A DNA stretch of 41,298 bases from an uncultured Candidatus Saccharibacteria bacterium (GCA_964455485.1 CAYVXT010000003.1:1-41298), one strand, 5' to 3'. Shown: positions 25,553 to 34,602, counted from the first letter of the stretch. Made by a program: numbers and translations. The notes: a model not told the origin generated them from the letters alone.

Positions 25553-26821
25553 ATGCTTGATATAAAATTCATAAGAGAAAATGCAGAGCTGGTACAAGAG
25601 GGAGCGAAAAAGAAACGCATTGATTTTGATGTAAAAAAGTTAATTGAAGTAGATGACAAAAGAAAAACAATTTCATTAGAGCTTGAAGGTAAAAGAGCAA
25701 GGCAAAACGAGGTAAGCACAAAAATGCCATCAGCTACTCCAGAGGAGAGGGAGAGTTTGATTAAGGAAATGCAACCTATCAAGGAAGACGTCCAGAAGCT
25801 TGAGAGTGATTTGAAGGAAGTGATGATCGAATGGCAAAAACTCATGGTATCTGTACCAAATATTCCTGATATGTCAGTACCTGAAGGTGAGACTGATGCT
25901 CAAAATCAAGAGGTTAAACAATGGGGCGACAAACCAAAATTTGATTTTGAACCAAAGAGTCATATAGAACTAATGCAAAATTTGGACATGGTTGATTTGG
26001 AAAGAGGGACTAAGGTTTCTGGCTTCAGAGGTTATTTTTTGAAAAACGATGGAGCATTACTTGCATATGCAATATGGCAAGCGGCCCAAAAACATTTTCT
26101 TTCAAAATCTTTTATTCCAATGATAGTTCCATCTTTGGTAAATAGGGAGACTTTGCTTGGTACAGGGTATTTGCCTCAAGGCGAGGATGATTTATACAAA
26201 ACACAAGATGGTGATTATTTGGCTGGTACTGCAGAGGTGGCAACAATGGCATATCACTCTGGTGAAGTATTAGATAAAAAAGATCTTCCCAAAAAGTTTC
26301 TGTCTTTTTCCCCATGTTTTCGTCGCGAAGCGGGAAGTCATGGTAAAGATGTGAAGGGGCTTATTCGTGTGCACGAGTTTTATAAACTGGAACAAGTGGT
26401 GCTCTGTGAGGCAAGTCACGAAGAGTCGGTAAAATATCACGAGGAAGTCAATAGAAATACTGAGGAGTTTATTGAGAGCTTGGAAATTCCATACCATACA
26501 GTTATAAATTGCGGAGGAGACCTTGGTTTAGGTCAAGTTAAAAAATACGACATCGAGCTTTGGGTACCGGGAGAAAATACATATAGGGAAATCAGTTCTG
26601 CATCATACTTCCATGACTTCCAAGCAAGAAGGTTAAATATTAAATACAGAGATGCTGATGGAAAGCTTAAATATGTACATTCATTAAATAGTACTGCTAT
26701 ACCAACTCCAAGAATTTTGGTGTCTCTAGTTGAAAACTATCAGCAAAAAGATGGATCAATCTTGGTCCCAGAAATCCTTAGGCCTTACATGGGTGGCAGA
26801 GAAAAGATTTCTCCACAATAA
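25553..26821 (+). CDS. serS: Seryl-tRNA synthetase
   Basis: N-terminal coiled-coil arm and class II motifs (FRREAGSHGKDVKGLIRVHEF, GLGQVKKYDIELW). Confidence 0.95.
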   Translation: MLDIKFIRENAELVQEGAKKKRIDFDVKKLIEVDDKRKTISLELEGKRARQNEVSTKMPSATPEERESLIKEMQPIKEDVQKLESDLKEVMIEWQKLMVSVPNIPDMSVPEGETDAQNQEVKQWGDKPKFDFEPKSHIELMQNLDMVDLERGTKVSGFRGYFLKNDGALLAYAIWQAAQKHFLSKSFIPMIVPSLVNRETLLGTGYLPQGEDDLYKTQDGDYLAGTAEVATMAYHSGEVLDKKDLPKKFLSFSPCFRREAGSHGKDVKGLIRVHEFYKLEQVVLCEASHEESVKYHEEVNRNTEEFIESLEIPYHTVINCGGDLGLGQVKKYDIELWVPGENTYREISSASYFHDFQARRLNIKYRDADGKLKYVHSLNSTAIPTPRILVSLVENYQQKDGSILVPEILRPYMGGREKISPQ

Positions 26822-26850
26822 ATTCCTAAAAATAAGGATATAATAGATAT

Positions 26851-27660
26851 ATGTACGTCAGAAAAAAGTACAATCCTTCTTCACGCATAAAAAGGAGGGG
26901 TGAAATTAGAAAGCAGGTGGCTTTTGGTATGAAAATTATTTTGCCCATCATACTCATCATGGTTGGGGTGTTAGTAATGCGTTCAAGTTTTATGCAGATA
27001 AAAAATATTGAAGTTGTAGGGTCTGTACAGACTGAAGATGTAAAACAAATTGCGGCTGCGACACTCTCGGGTAATAAAATGCTGTTATTTCCAAAAACCA
27101 ATACTTTGCTCATAAGTAAAAACAATTTGAAGGAGAAAATTTTGAAGACATTTCCAAAAATTGAAGATGCAAGCATTTCATATGATTTAGGGGGTGTATT
27201 AAAAATCGATGTGACTGAAAGAGTGGGCGAAATGCTATGGTGCAGTGATGTTGAATGTTATCTTATGTCGAATGCTGGTTTGGTTTTCGCAAAAGCTTCT
27301 CCTGATGATATGATAGGAAAAATAAGATTTGAAGGAAGCATTATGGGAGATCCAATTTTACAGGAGTTTGCAAGCGGTGGTAGCATGCAAAATTATCTAG
27401 ATGTTATTTCAACTATCAACGCTTCTTCTATTCAAGTTGAGAAAGTTATAGAAGAGCTTCCAAATAAGGCAAATATAATCACATCATCAGGTACAATAAT
27501 ATTAAATCCTGAAGAAAATATGAGTGATGCAGCAAAAAATGCCATTCTTTTAATTTCTGAAATCAAAGCAAAGGACCCGGCTACAAAATTGGAATATGTT
27601 GATGCGAGATATGGAAAGAAAATGTTTTATAAAATCGAAGGAAAGTCTGAAAAGAGTTAA
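26851..27660 (+). CDS. FtsQ/DivIB-like cell-division protein (TM plus POTRA)
   Basis: Single TM helix followed by a POTRA-like segment IKNIEVVGS...ISKNNLKEKILKTFPKIEDASI. Confidence 0.65.
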   Translation: MYVRKKYNPSSRIKRRGEIRKQVAFGMKIILPIILIMVGVLVMRSSFMQIKNIEVVGSVQTEDVKQIAAATLSGNKMLLFPKTNTLLISKNNLKEKILKTFPKIEDASISYDLGGVLKIDVTERVGEMLWCSDVECYLMSNAGLVFAKASPDDMIGKIRFEGSIMGDPILQEFASGGSMQNYLDVISTINASSIQVEKVIEELPNKANIITSSGTIILNPEENMSDAAKNAILLISEIKAKDPATKLEYVDARYGKKMFYKIEGKSEKS

Positions 27661-27681
27661 AACTTTGGTACAATATATATC

Positions 27682-28071
27682 ATGACTGACTACGAAGCAA
27701 AGCCAGAAATCTTCATGTATGTGAAGTGGCATTATGGAAAAGGGTTAGGTGAAATTTTTGGTACAGTAGGTAACCTGCTGTGGTTTATCTTACATTTTTT
27801 TTCATTTTCCTTAGCTTGGCGAACATTGTTTGATCCGTGGGATATTGGTAAAGCGTTGCGAGAAAGTGGTGATGATGTGGGTATGCACTCTGTACCGCGA
27901 ATGATGCTCAGGATATTTGGATTTGCAAGCAAGATTTTCGTAATATTTGTAGGAATTGCTTCATACATTTTAGTTTTAGTAGTATCTTCCTTGTTCGTAC
28001 TTATTTGGATTCTGGCCCCAGCAGTACTTCTCGGTTCGATTGTGCTTGCAATAACATTTTTAAATTTGTGA
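27682..28071 (+). CDS. Hypothetical integral membrane protein
   Basis: 129-aa ORF with three or more hydrophobic helices. Confidence 0.55.
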   Translation: MTDYEAKPEIFMYVKWHYGKGLGEIFGTVGNLLWFILHFFSFSLAWRTLFDPWDIGKALRESGDDVGMHSVPRMMLRIFGFASKIFVIFVGIASYILVLVVSSLFVLIWILAPAVLLGSIVLAITFLNL

Positions 28072-28072
28072 T

Positions 28073-29539
28073 ATGACATTTAAAGGTTTATTAAAAAAAT
28101 CAAAACCACATTTCGATAGTATAACGATTGATCGTTATTTTGGTAAAAAAGTAAGGACGGTTTTCCGTTTTATATTTTCCGGCGCAGCAATTATTGGATT
28201 AGCATTTTCTTTTGGTACATTCTCTTTTGTAATGAGTAAAGCAGACAGTTTGTTTTTTGTTTCTGTATTCATGCTTTTGTGTTTAATTTTTTTGGAAGTG
28301 TTTTACAATTCGATGCGACACGAGGGTTTGGCTTCTAGGGTTGTTGAAAGTATTTCTGATAACTCAAATTCTATTGATTTTGCATTATCAGAACTTTTGT
28401 ACGGTACAGATGATATCGATCTGTCTCGAGCCTTTTTTGACACAAAAATTGGTATTAAAGTGATGGAGCGCTGCGCCATATCTTTAAAAGACCTTGAAGA
28501 ATTTATACAAGGTGATCGAACTCCAGTAATAGGTTCGTCTCTTCGTTTTGAAAATGATAACGTTCGTTTCGTTCAATATGTTTTAGCTATCTATGATATT
28601 GATAAGTCATTACAAGACTTTTTGCAGTCTCGTTTTTGCACTAGGTCTGATTTTGCCGGAGCGGCACTGTGGGTGCAAGAAGAAATTGAATCGAAATTAC
28701 GAAAAGAAAGAATCTGGTCGAGGGAAAACTTGGGCACCTTTCCATCCATTGGTTCAAGTTGGAAATTCGGTACCACATTTCTTATGCCTGATTATTGTAA
28801 ATATTTTGAGTTGAGTAAAACCACGTATGATAGTGGTTATCGAAGTAGGGAAGCCCTCCAGCTCGAAAGTGCGTTCCAGGGTTTAAAGTCCAATGTTCTA
28901 ATTGTTTCAGAATCAGAAGTTGCTAACGAAATTGTTGGTAAGGTTTCTCAAATGATAGAGCTTGGAACAGCTTTGCCATCACTTGAACACAAATCAATAC
29001 TTTATTATGACTGGAAAAAAATGTTGGGCGATATCTTTGATGGGCCGCGTATAGTAGATAGTATAAAAAGCACCTTTGAGAAAGCTCAGATTGGTAGGAA
29101 TTCTATAATTTTTATTCCTGAATTATTACATTTTGTTATTGAGACTAAAACTAAAAATGTAAGTCTTTTAGAAATATTGAGGCCATACTTTGCTTCCAAT
29201 GATATTCAAATAGTTGCTACTAGCGATCCTATTGATGCCAAATTTTTTGCTTCAGCTCCAGAATTTGAAGATTACTTTGAAAAAATTTCTCCTTCGGGGG
29301 GTATAATTGCTTTACTCCCCGAAACTCAGAGGACGCTTATAAATATTGAAGATAAATACAATATAATATTTTCATATAGTGCGGTTATTGCGGTTCTCAA
29401 CCATGCCTCTAGGTTTGAGGAATTTAAAAATATCGTTCCTGTAGATCAAATTGAAAAACTAGCAATAATCGGCAGAACAAAAGGTCTAGCTTTTATCAGC
29501 GAAAAAGAAGTTAACGAATTTTTTTCTGCATCTGTTTAG
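28073..29539 (+). CDS. Membrane-anchored protein with a degenerate Clp-type AAA+-like module
   Basis: Two N-terminal TM helices. NSIIFIPELLHFV...LLEILRPYFASNDIQIVATSDP parallels ClpB ILFIDEIHTIV...MLKPPLARGELRAIGATT in this same window. No intact Walker A is seen. Confidence 0.5.
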   Translation: MTFKGLLKKSKPHFDSITIDRYFGKKVRTVFRFIFSGAAIIGLAFSFGTFSFVMSKADSLFFVSVFMLLCLIFLEVFYNSMRHEGLASRVVESISDNSNSIDFALSELLYGTDDIDLSRAFFDTKIGIKVMERCAISLKDLEEFIQGDRTPVIGSSLRFENDNVRFVQYVLAIYDIDKSLQDFLQSRFCTRSDFAGAALWVQEEIESKLRKERIWSRENLGTFPSIGSSWKFGTTFLMPDYCKYFELSKTTYDSGYRSREALQLESAFQGLKSNVLIVSESEVANEIVGKVSQMIELGTALPSLEHKSILYYDWKKMLGDIFDGPRIVDSIKSTFEKAQIGRNSIIFIPELLHFVIETKTKNVSLLEILRPYFASNDIQIVATSDPIDAKFFASAPEFEDYFEKISPSGGIIALLPETQRTLINIEDKYNIIFSYSAVIAVLNHASRFEEFKNIVPVDQIEKLAIIGRTKGLAFISEKEVNEFFSASV

Positions 29540-29900
29540 ACTCAGTAAGAGAATTTAATATACCTAAAAGTTGGCTAACTGAAAATGGTTTTGCTATAAA
29601 CGCATCCGCTCCTGATTTTTTTGCTATGTCTTCTAGGCGGTTTTTAGCGGAAACCAAAATGACAGGAACATTTTTTGTTTTTGGATTCTTTTTTATTTTT
29701 TGAGTTACTGCTGAGCCGTCTATCCCCGGCATCCATAAATCCATTATTACTGCGTACGGGTGCAACTTTAAAATTTGTGATACTGCATGTTTGCCATTAT
29801 ATTGAAGGCAAGCTTCAAAACCGTTTTTTTGCAAAATTAAACCTAGCATTTCGCATATTTCAGTATCGTCTTCTATTATCAAAACTTTTTTCTTGTGCAT
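29511..29900 (-). CDS. Single-domain response regulator (receiver only)
   Basis: Contains KKVLIIEDD, DLWMPGIDG and PVILVSAK. Confidence 0.88.
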   Translation of the reverse strand: MHKKKVLIIEDDTEICEMLGLILQKNGFEACLQYNGKHAVSQILKLHPYAVIMDLWMPGIDGSAVTQKIKKNPKTKNVPVILVSAKNRLEDIAKKSGADAFIAKPFSVSQLLGILNSLTESKQMQKKIR

Positions 29901-29905
29901 ATAAT

Positions 29906-31450
29906 TTATTTTTCATCTTCATCTAGATGTTTATAGTATGGAATAGTGAAGTAAAAAATTGCTCCCCTGGCTTTTGGCTTGTTCCGAAAGCTCACAATCC
30001 CTCCATGGTGTTTTACAATTGCACTTGCAATATAGAGTCCAAGTCCAAGACCGGGCAAATTTTCTTTCGTTATATTTTTACTTTGGAAAAATCTTTTGAA
30101 TATTTTTGATTGATCTTTGATTGAAATACCGTAACCATGATCTTCAACCTCAACCACTGCCACCCCATCCTTTTCAGTAACACACACATTTATCTTTGAT
30201 CCGACGGGGGAGTATTTGGAGGCGTTACTTACAAGATTTGAGAGTACTCGTTCAATTCGCTCACAGTCACCCCGTACCAAAAATTTTCCGTATGCTTTAA
30301 AGGATATAGGGTTAGAAGGGATTGCAACCCGAAGATTTTCGATGGCATGGCCGATTGATTCAGACAACTCAAAATTTTCGTTTTCAAAGCGCATTTTACC
30401 TGTTTCGATGCGAGACACATCGAGCAAATCATTAACCAGTCGAGTCAGCTTTTCAGTTTGAGAACTTATTTTACCAAGATATTTTTTTGAAGTTTCACTA
30501 TCGTTTTTAATTTCATGCTCTAGCATTTCTGTATAGCCCTTGATAGTCGTTACTGGTGTCTTCAGTTCGTGGCTTGCAATATTGAAGAATTCATCCTTTT
30601 GCTTCATTATTTTCTGTAATTCTCTTTCTGCCTTTTTATGTTCAGTAAGGTCATGCACTGTGCAAATTAGCTTATATTTTTTATCGAGAGATTCAGTTAA
30701 CTGCAAAAGCAATTCCACGGGAATGGTATTACCGTTCTTTATTTGTAGGAGCGTTTCGATAGATAATAACTCTATTCTTTTAAACATAAGTGGTAGTAAC
30801 TTTCGTTTAAAATCATATTTGTCAGATTTAGGTTGTAAATTGAATAAGTTTTTTTTAAGAAATTCTTTAGAAGTAAACCCAAATTTTCGTTGAGCTCCGT
30901 TATTTGCATATTCTATAGCTAAACTTGATGGGTGGAGAATAAAAACCGGATCAAGGCTCTTGTCCATACGGTTTTTGAAATTTCTTAAATCAAAATATAA
31001 TTCATGTATTGTAAGAACCTGTGCTGCTGCGTTGCTTAGCGCAATACTCAACTCTCTTTCATCAGGATTCAATTTCCTTTTACTTTTGTAGCATAAAACA
31101 ATATTTCCGTACTGTTGTTTTTTGTAAAATATTGGAACTATAAAGAAACATTTCATGTACTTCAATAAATACTCAGGAGGATTACTTACAAAATATGGAG
31201 TCTTTCTAGTTGAAGCTTTGTAATTAAAACCATGTTTCCTGGGAAGATCAGGATTGTAAGGAGTTTTTGGACTTTTGTATATCAATCTGTAGGAATTATG
31301 CCCTCTTAATTTCCAAAACATAAATCCAAAATCTGCATCAAATATATCTAAAGCAGTTTTTGTAAACTTTTTTACAATACCAATACGATCCACCTCATCT
31401 AAGCAGTCTAAAGTAGTTTTGTTTAATTTTTGTAATGTTTCGTTTAACAT
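29906..31450 (-). CDS. Cytoplasmic sensor histidine kinase (GAF/PAS-like, HisKA, HATPase_c)
   Basis: H-box FFNIASHELKTPVTTIKGY, an N-box and G-boxes in the C-terminus (GYGISIKDQSKIFKRF, GLGLGLYIA). No TM segments. Confidence 0.88.
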   Translation of the reverse strand: MLNETLQKLNKTTLDCLDEVDRIGIVKKFTKTALDIFDADFGFMFWKLRGHNSYRLIYKSPKTPYNPDLPRKHGFNYKASTRKTPYFVSNPPEYLLKYMKCFFIVPIFYKKQQYGNIVLCYKSKRKLNPDERELSIALSNAAAQVLTIHELYFDLRNFKNRMDKSLDPVFILHPSSLAIEYANNGAQRKFGFTSKEFLKKNLFNLQPKSDKYDFKRKLLPLMFKRIELLSIETLLQIKNGNTIPVELLLQLTESLDKKYKLICTVHDLTEHKKAERELQKIMKQKDEFFNIASHELKTPVTTIKGYTEMLEHEIKNDSETSKKYLGKISSQTEKLTRLVNDLLDVSRIETGKMRFENENFELSESIGHAIENLRVAIPSNPISFKAYGKFLVRGDCERIERVLSNLVSNASKYSPVGSKINVCVTEKDGVAVVEVEDHGYGISIKDQSKIFKRFFQSKNITKENLPGLGLGLYIASAIVKHHGGIVSFRNKPKARGAIFYFTIPYYKHLDEDEK

Positions 31451-31494
31451 TTTTAATTAAATAAGGGAGGCACGCTTCCGAGCCCCCCAAATGA

Positions 31495-32364
31495 TCAACA
31501 CTTCGCTACAAAAAGCGCAGCCGTGTAAGTGTGCATGTAGAACTTGATTTTGCCGAGAATCCTGAACTCGACTTTGTTTCCCAACCCCTCAGCCATGAAT
31601 TCGGCTATTAGCCCCAAACTGTCAGGGGTGGTATCTCCCCAGATTACTCCAGGGTTGTCTTCCGGTTGTGGATGGATCAGAAGCGCATCCAAAAAACTGA
31701 GCAACTTTCCAATCCTTCTTGCTGTTCTTGCCATTTTTCGCTGGTGTTTTGGCTTAAGATCGTGAGGCTCCTGTTTGTCAAGAACGCTAAGGACTCTCGA
31801 GGCTACTAACAAGCGTGCACTCTCAGAAGGAATGTACTTTTTCCGGCAGGCAAAGTTAATGTCTGCGCGGTATACATCATTCCCTAGGGCGTTGTGGGCT
31901 TGCTGATCTATGATAGATCTGCCAATATCACATCCAACCTGAGAAGCGTCATAGGCTATAACACCCATCTTCTGTTGGTTGGCAATTGGAAGGATCATTT
32001 CTAAGGCTTGGCCAGTGCCAATACCGAAATATCTTAAATCTTTAGGTAGGGCGTCGCCGTAAAATTTTCTAAAATTTAATGCTTTTTTAACGGCGTCAGC
32101 TTCACCGGTCGCAAGTCGATACATCTCGACCTGGTGGCGTGCGGAATTGAACTGGCCTTGTTGCAGTACGTGAGTTGGGATTATTCCTTTTTTGATTTTA
32201 TTGTCCCAATGGTCCTCAACTTCACGGTTGACACTGTAGGCAAGCTCTTCCCATAAGGTGAGCGTGGGCGCTATCAACATCTTTGCGCTCACGTGCGTCT
32301 CCTTTCCTGTTCGTCCTTTCGTAGAAAGAACTAAGTTTTCTAAGCCGATTATAACAGACTTCAT
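31495..32364 (-). CDS. Putative SAM-dependent methyltransferase-like protein (GC-richer gene)
   Basis: YFGIGTGQALEMI resembles motif I (GxGxG). The gene is visibly higher in GC than the adjacent kinase gene. Confidence 0.4.
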   Translation of the reverse strand: MKSVIIGLENLVLSTKGRTGKETHVSAKMLIAPTLTLWEELAYSVNREVEDHWDNKIKKGIIPTHVLQQGQFNSARHQVEMYRLATGEADAVKKALNFRKFYGDALPKDLRYFGIGTGQALEMILPIANQQKMGVIAYDASQVGCDIGRSIIDQQAHNALGNDVYRADINFACRKKYIPSESARLLVASRVLSVLDKQEPHDLKPKHQRKMARTARRIGKLLSFLDALLIHPQPEDNPGVIWGDTTPDSLGLIAEFMAEGLGNKVEFRILGKIKFYMHTYTAALFVAKC

Positions 32365-32398
32365 TATCTTTTTGTAAAGATTCTATTAGAATATAGAT

Positions 32399-32638
32399 AT
32401 GAATATAAAAAAAGATGATGAAGTGGAAATGAAGGCTAACGGGGGAGATTTGACCCAAAACCCTGAATTTAGAAGGTTTTGTCATGATATAAAAAACCCT
32501 TTGGCGGCCCTGCAGCTGCAGGTTGAAGTGCTAGAAATGAGTTTGGAAGACGATGATTATAAAGAAAAACTGAAAAGTGCAACAATCAAAATGAAGCAAG
32601 AAATTAGCAAAATGGTAGGTATGTTGGATAAAGGCTAA
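32399..32638 (+). CDS. Stand-alone HisKA/DHp-like phosphoacceptor domain protein
   Basis: The 79-aa ORF contains RRFCHDIKNPLAALQLQVEVL (H-box) and has no ATPase domain. Confidence 0.55.
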   Translation: MNIKKDDEVEMKANGGDLTQNPEFRRFCHDIKNPLAALQLQVEVLEMSLEDDDYKEKLKSATIKMKQEISKMVGMLDKG

Positions 32639-32732
32639 ATTAAAGTCATTTTTCAGCTAGCTACAAATAATGGCTCTGTTGAGCCGTTATTTTAGACTGT
32701 CCACAACAAAATAAAATATTCATGAAAAATGC

Positions 32733-32760
32733 TTGACAATTTTTGCATAACTGCTATACT
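32733..32760 (+). promoter_or_regulatory. Promoter TTGACA-N16-TATACT
   Basis: TTGACA at 32733-32738 and TATACT at 32755-32760. Confidence 0.6.
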
Positions 32761-32766
32761 AATACT

Positions 32767-33075
32767 GAATTTGAACATTGAATTTTGCAAGGTTGGGGGG
32801 AATTTTGAACCCGACCTTGCGGAGGTTGAAATGGCCGCACGTACACACTCGCCTCCGGCGCAGATGCCGGAAACAATTAATAGCCGAATGATCAGCAGCC
32901 AGGGCGCCGGCGCCGCCAGCTAGCCAACGACATCGGGCAAGCAGGCAGCATGCCGTGTTGTAGTACCGCGCTTCGCGTGAGCTAAAGCTCCCTTTTGATT
33001 AGGAGTTGGCCGCGCGAGCGCAAAACAGTCCCGTTCCCCAGTATTATCGGGGGACGGGCTGATTTATTTTATATA
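32767..33075 (+). ncRNA. GC-rich transcription unit of about 300 nt, unassigned (structured RNA or small-peptide mRNA)
   Basis: It lies between the promoter above and the terminator CAGTCCCGTTCCCC...GGGGGACGGGCTG plus ATTTATTTT. Several GC helices are visible (GCAAGGT/ACCTTGC, GGAGG/CCTCC, TCCGGC/GCCGGA). A 30-codon ORF sits behind a GGAGG SD at 32831-32923. Confidence 0.4.
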
Positions 33076-33127
33076 AAATTTTTCTTGCGCTTTGCGCTTT
33101 TCTATTTTTTACTCATAACTCACCCCG

Positions 33128-33173
33128 CTCTTCGCTAAGCTCAGAGTCGACCCTCCCTTACCTCAAGGGAGGG
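33128..33173. repeat. GC-rich mini-repeat plus perfect hairpin upstream of dus
   Basis: CTCTTCGCTAAGCTCAGAG, whose reverse complement is CTGAGCTTAGCGAAGAG, followed by CCCTCCC-TTACCTCAA-GGGAGGG. Confidence 0.5.
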
Positions 33174-33203
33174 AAAAGGCAAAACCTATGATAATATGCA
33201 AAC

Positions 33204-34376
33204 ATGGTAAATTTAGGATTTTGGAAAAAATCAAAAAGCCCAATATTGTGCTTGGCGCCGATGGCAGATGTTACAGATGCAGCTTTTAGATACATCATTG
33301 CAAAATATTCCAAACTTGCTCGAAGTCCAGAAAAAACTTCTTCGAGCGTGCCTAGCGAGCGCGACTGGCGCGAGCTCGAGGAATTTTCTAGCAAGAAAAT
33401 ATCCGTGCAAAGCGAGAAGAACGTTTTTTCTGGACTATACCCTTATGCTACTTGGACAGAGTTTGTGAGTGCAGATGGGTTGGTGAGAGCGCCGGAGGAG
33501 GGTAGGAAAAAGCTTTTGAAAGATTTGGAGTATTCTGAAATTGAAAGGCCAATAGTTGCACAATTTTTTACAAGCAAACCGGAAATGATGGAAAAGGCAG
33601 CAGCTCTAGCGGTGGAACTTGGGTTTGATGGTATTGATATAAACATGGGCTGTCCTGACAAAAGTATTGAAAAGCAAGGTGCGGGGGCTGCGCTTATAAA
33701 AAATCCAACACTTGCTAAAGAAATTATTTTGGCTGCCAAACGAGGTGTGGCCCTTCGACAAGCTCAGGGCGAACGACAACTTCCTGTATCGGTGAAAACA
33801 CGCTTGGGTTATAACAAAGATGAATTAGAAACTTGGCTACCTGCTCTTTTGGAGGCGGAGCCAGCTGTTATGACTATTCATGCGCGCACTAGGAAAGAGA
33901 TGTCAAAGGTGCCAGCAAGGTGGGAGAGGATAAGGAGAGCAGTGGAGATAAGGGATGAGATTCAAAGAACCTCACCCCTAGCCACTCTCCTAGAAGCAGG
34001 AGAGGGGAAAAACGAAGAGGGAAAGACCTTAATCTTCGGGAATGGGGATGTTTTGAGTGTGGAAGATGCATACAAAAAGTGTGCAGAAACAGGAGCAGAC
34101 GGAGCGATGCTTGGTAGAGCTATTTTTGGCAACCCGTTCCTTTTTTCGGGCCACACGCCAACTTTGGAAGAGAAGTTGAAAGTGTTGGTGGAGCATTCAA
34201 AACTTTTTGAGCAAAAACTTGGAGCCATCAAAAATTTTGCAGTAATGAAAAAACATTTTAAATCATATATAGGCAGTTTCAGTCACTCTAAAGACTTGCG
34301 CGAAAAGTTGATGGAAGCAGAGAGTGCTGGTGATGTAGAAAATGTGGTAAGTAATTTTTTGATAAGTTATAATTAG
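33204..34376 (+). CDS. tRNA-dihydrouridine synthase carrying in-frame GC-rich insertions
   Basis: Contains LAPMADVTDAAFR, DGIDINMGCP and VSVKTRLG, all Dus/FMN TIM-barrel motifs. Confidence 0.88.
   Translation: MVNLGFWKKSKSPILCLAPMADVTDAAFRYIIAKYSKLARSPEKTSSSVPSERDWRELEEFSSKKISVQSEKNVFSGLYPYATWTEFVSADGLVRAPEEGRKKLLKDLEYSEIERPIVAQFFTSKPEMMEKAAALAVELGFDGIDINMGCPDKSIEKQGAGAALIKNPTLAKEIILAAKRGVALRQAQGERQLPVSVKTRLGYNKDELETWLPALLEAEPAVMTIHARTRKEMSKVPARWERIRRAVEIRDEIQRTSPLATLLEAGEGKNEEGKTLIFGNGDVLSVEDAYKKCAETGADGAMLGRAIFGNPFLFSGHTPTLEEKLKVLVEHSKLFEQKLGAIKNFAVMKKHFKSYIGSFSHSKDLREKLMEAESAGDVENVVSNFLISYN
33315..33395 (+). repeat. 81-nt in-frame TEC-like insertion inside dus
   Basis: Terminal stem CTTGCT/AGCAAG, hairpin CTCGAAG...CTTCGAG, and GAGCGCGACTGGCGCGAG, which is nearly the same as GAGCGCGACGGCGCGAG in TEC-Asn-S. 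It encodes LARSPEKTSSSVPSERDWRELEEFSSK. Confidence 0.55.
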
Positions 34377-34380
34377 AAAT

Positions 34381-34602
34381 ATGCAATACATGCCATTGTG
34401 GCTCGACCTAAATTTTAATGCTAATTCGATAGCAGAGTTTGCTTTTATGCTTGTTGCAATATTTGCAGTTGTTTCAACACTTATTTTATTTTTCCATTGG
34501 CAGAAATATGGAATGGGGAGCAAGGGAATTTGGTTTGCTGAAATTTCTTATGTTTTTGTGAGTTTGATTTTGTTGGTAACAGCCTTTTATAGTATGAATT
34601 AG
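34381..34602 (+). CDS. Small membrane protein
   Basis: 73-aa ORF with two hydrophobic helices, tightly packed between dus and the next gene. Confidence 0.5.
   Translation: MQYMPLWLDLNFNANSIAEFAFMLVAIFAVVSTLILFFHWQKYGMGSKGIWFAEISYVFVSLILLVTAFYSMN

Noticed and set aside
32767-33075. tmRNA (ssrA). The string TAGCC AAC GAC resembles the start of an ANDENYALAA-type tag frame.
   Set aside because: There is no tRNA-like domain: no GGGG...acceptor 5' end and no GGTTCGA-type T-arm or CCA-proximal 3' end on either strand. The tag would read ANDIGQAGSMPCCSTALRVS, without the usual hydrophobic (L)AA end. A permuted tmRNA cannot be excluded without ARAGORN.
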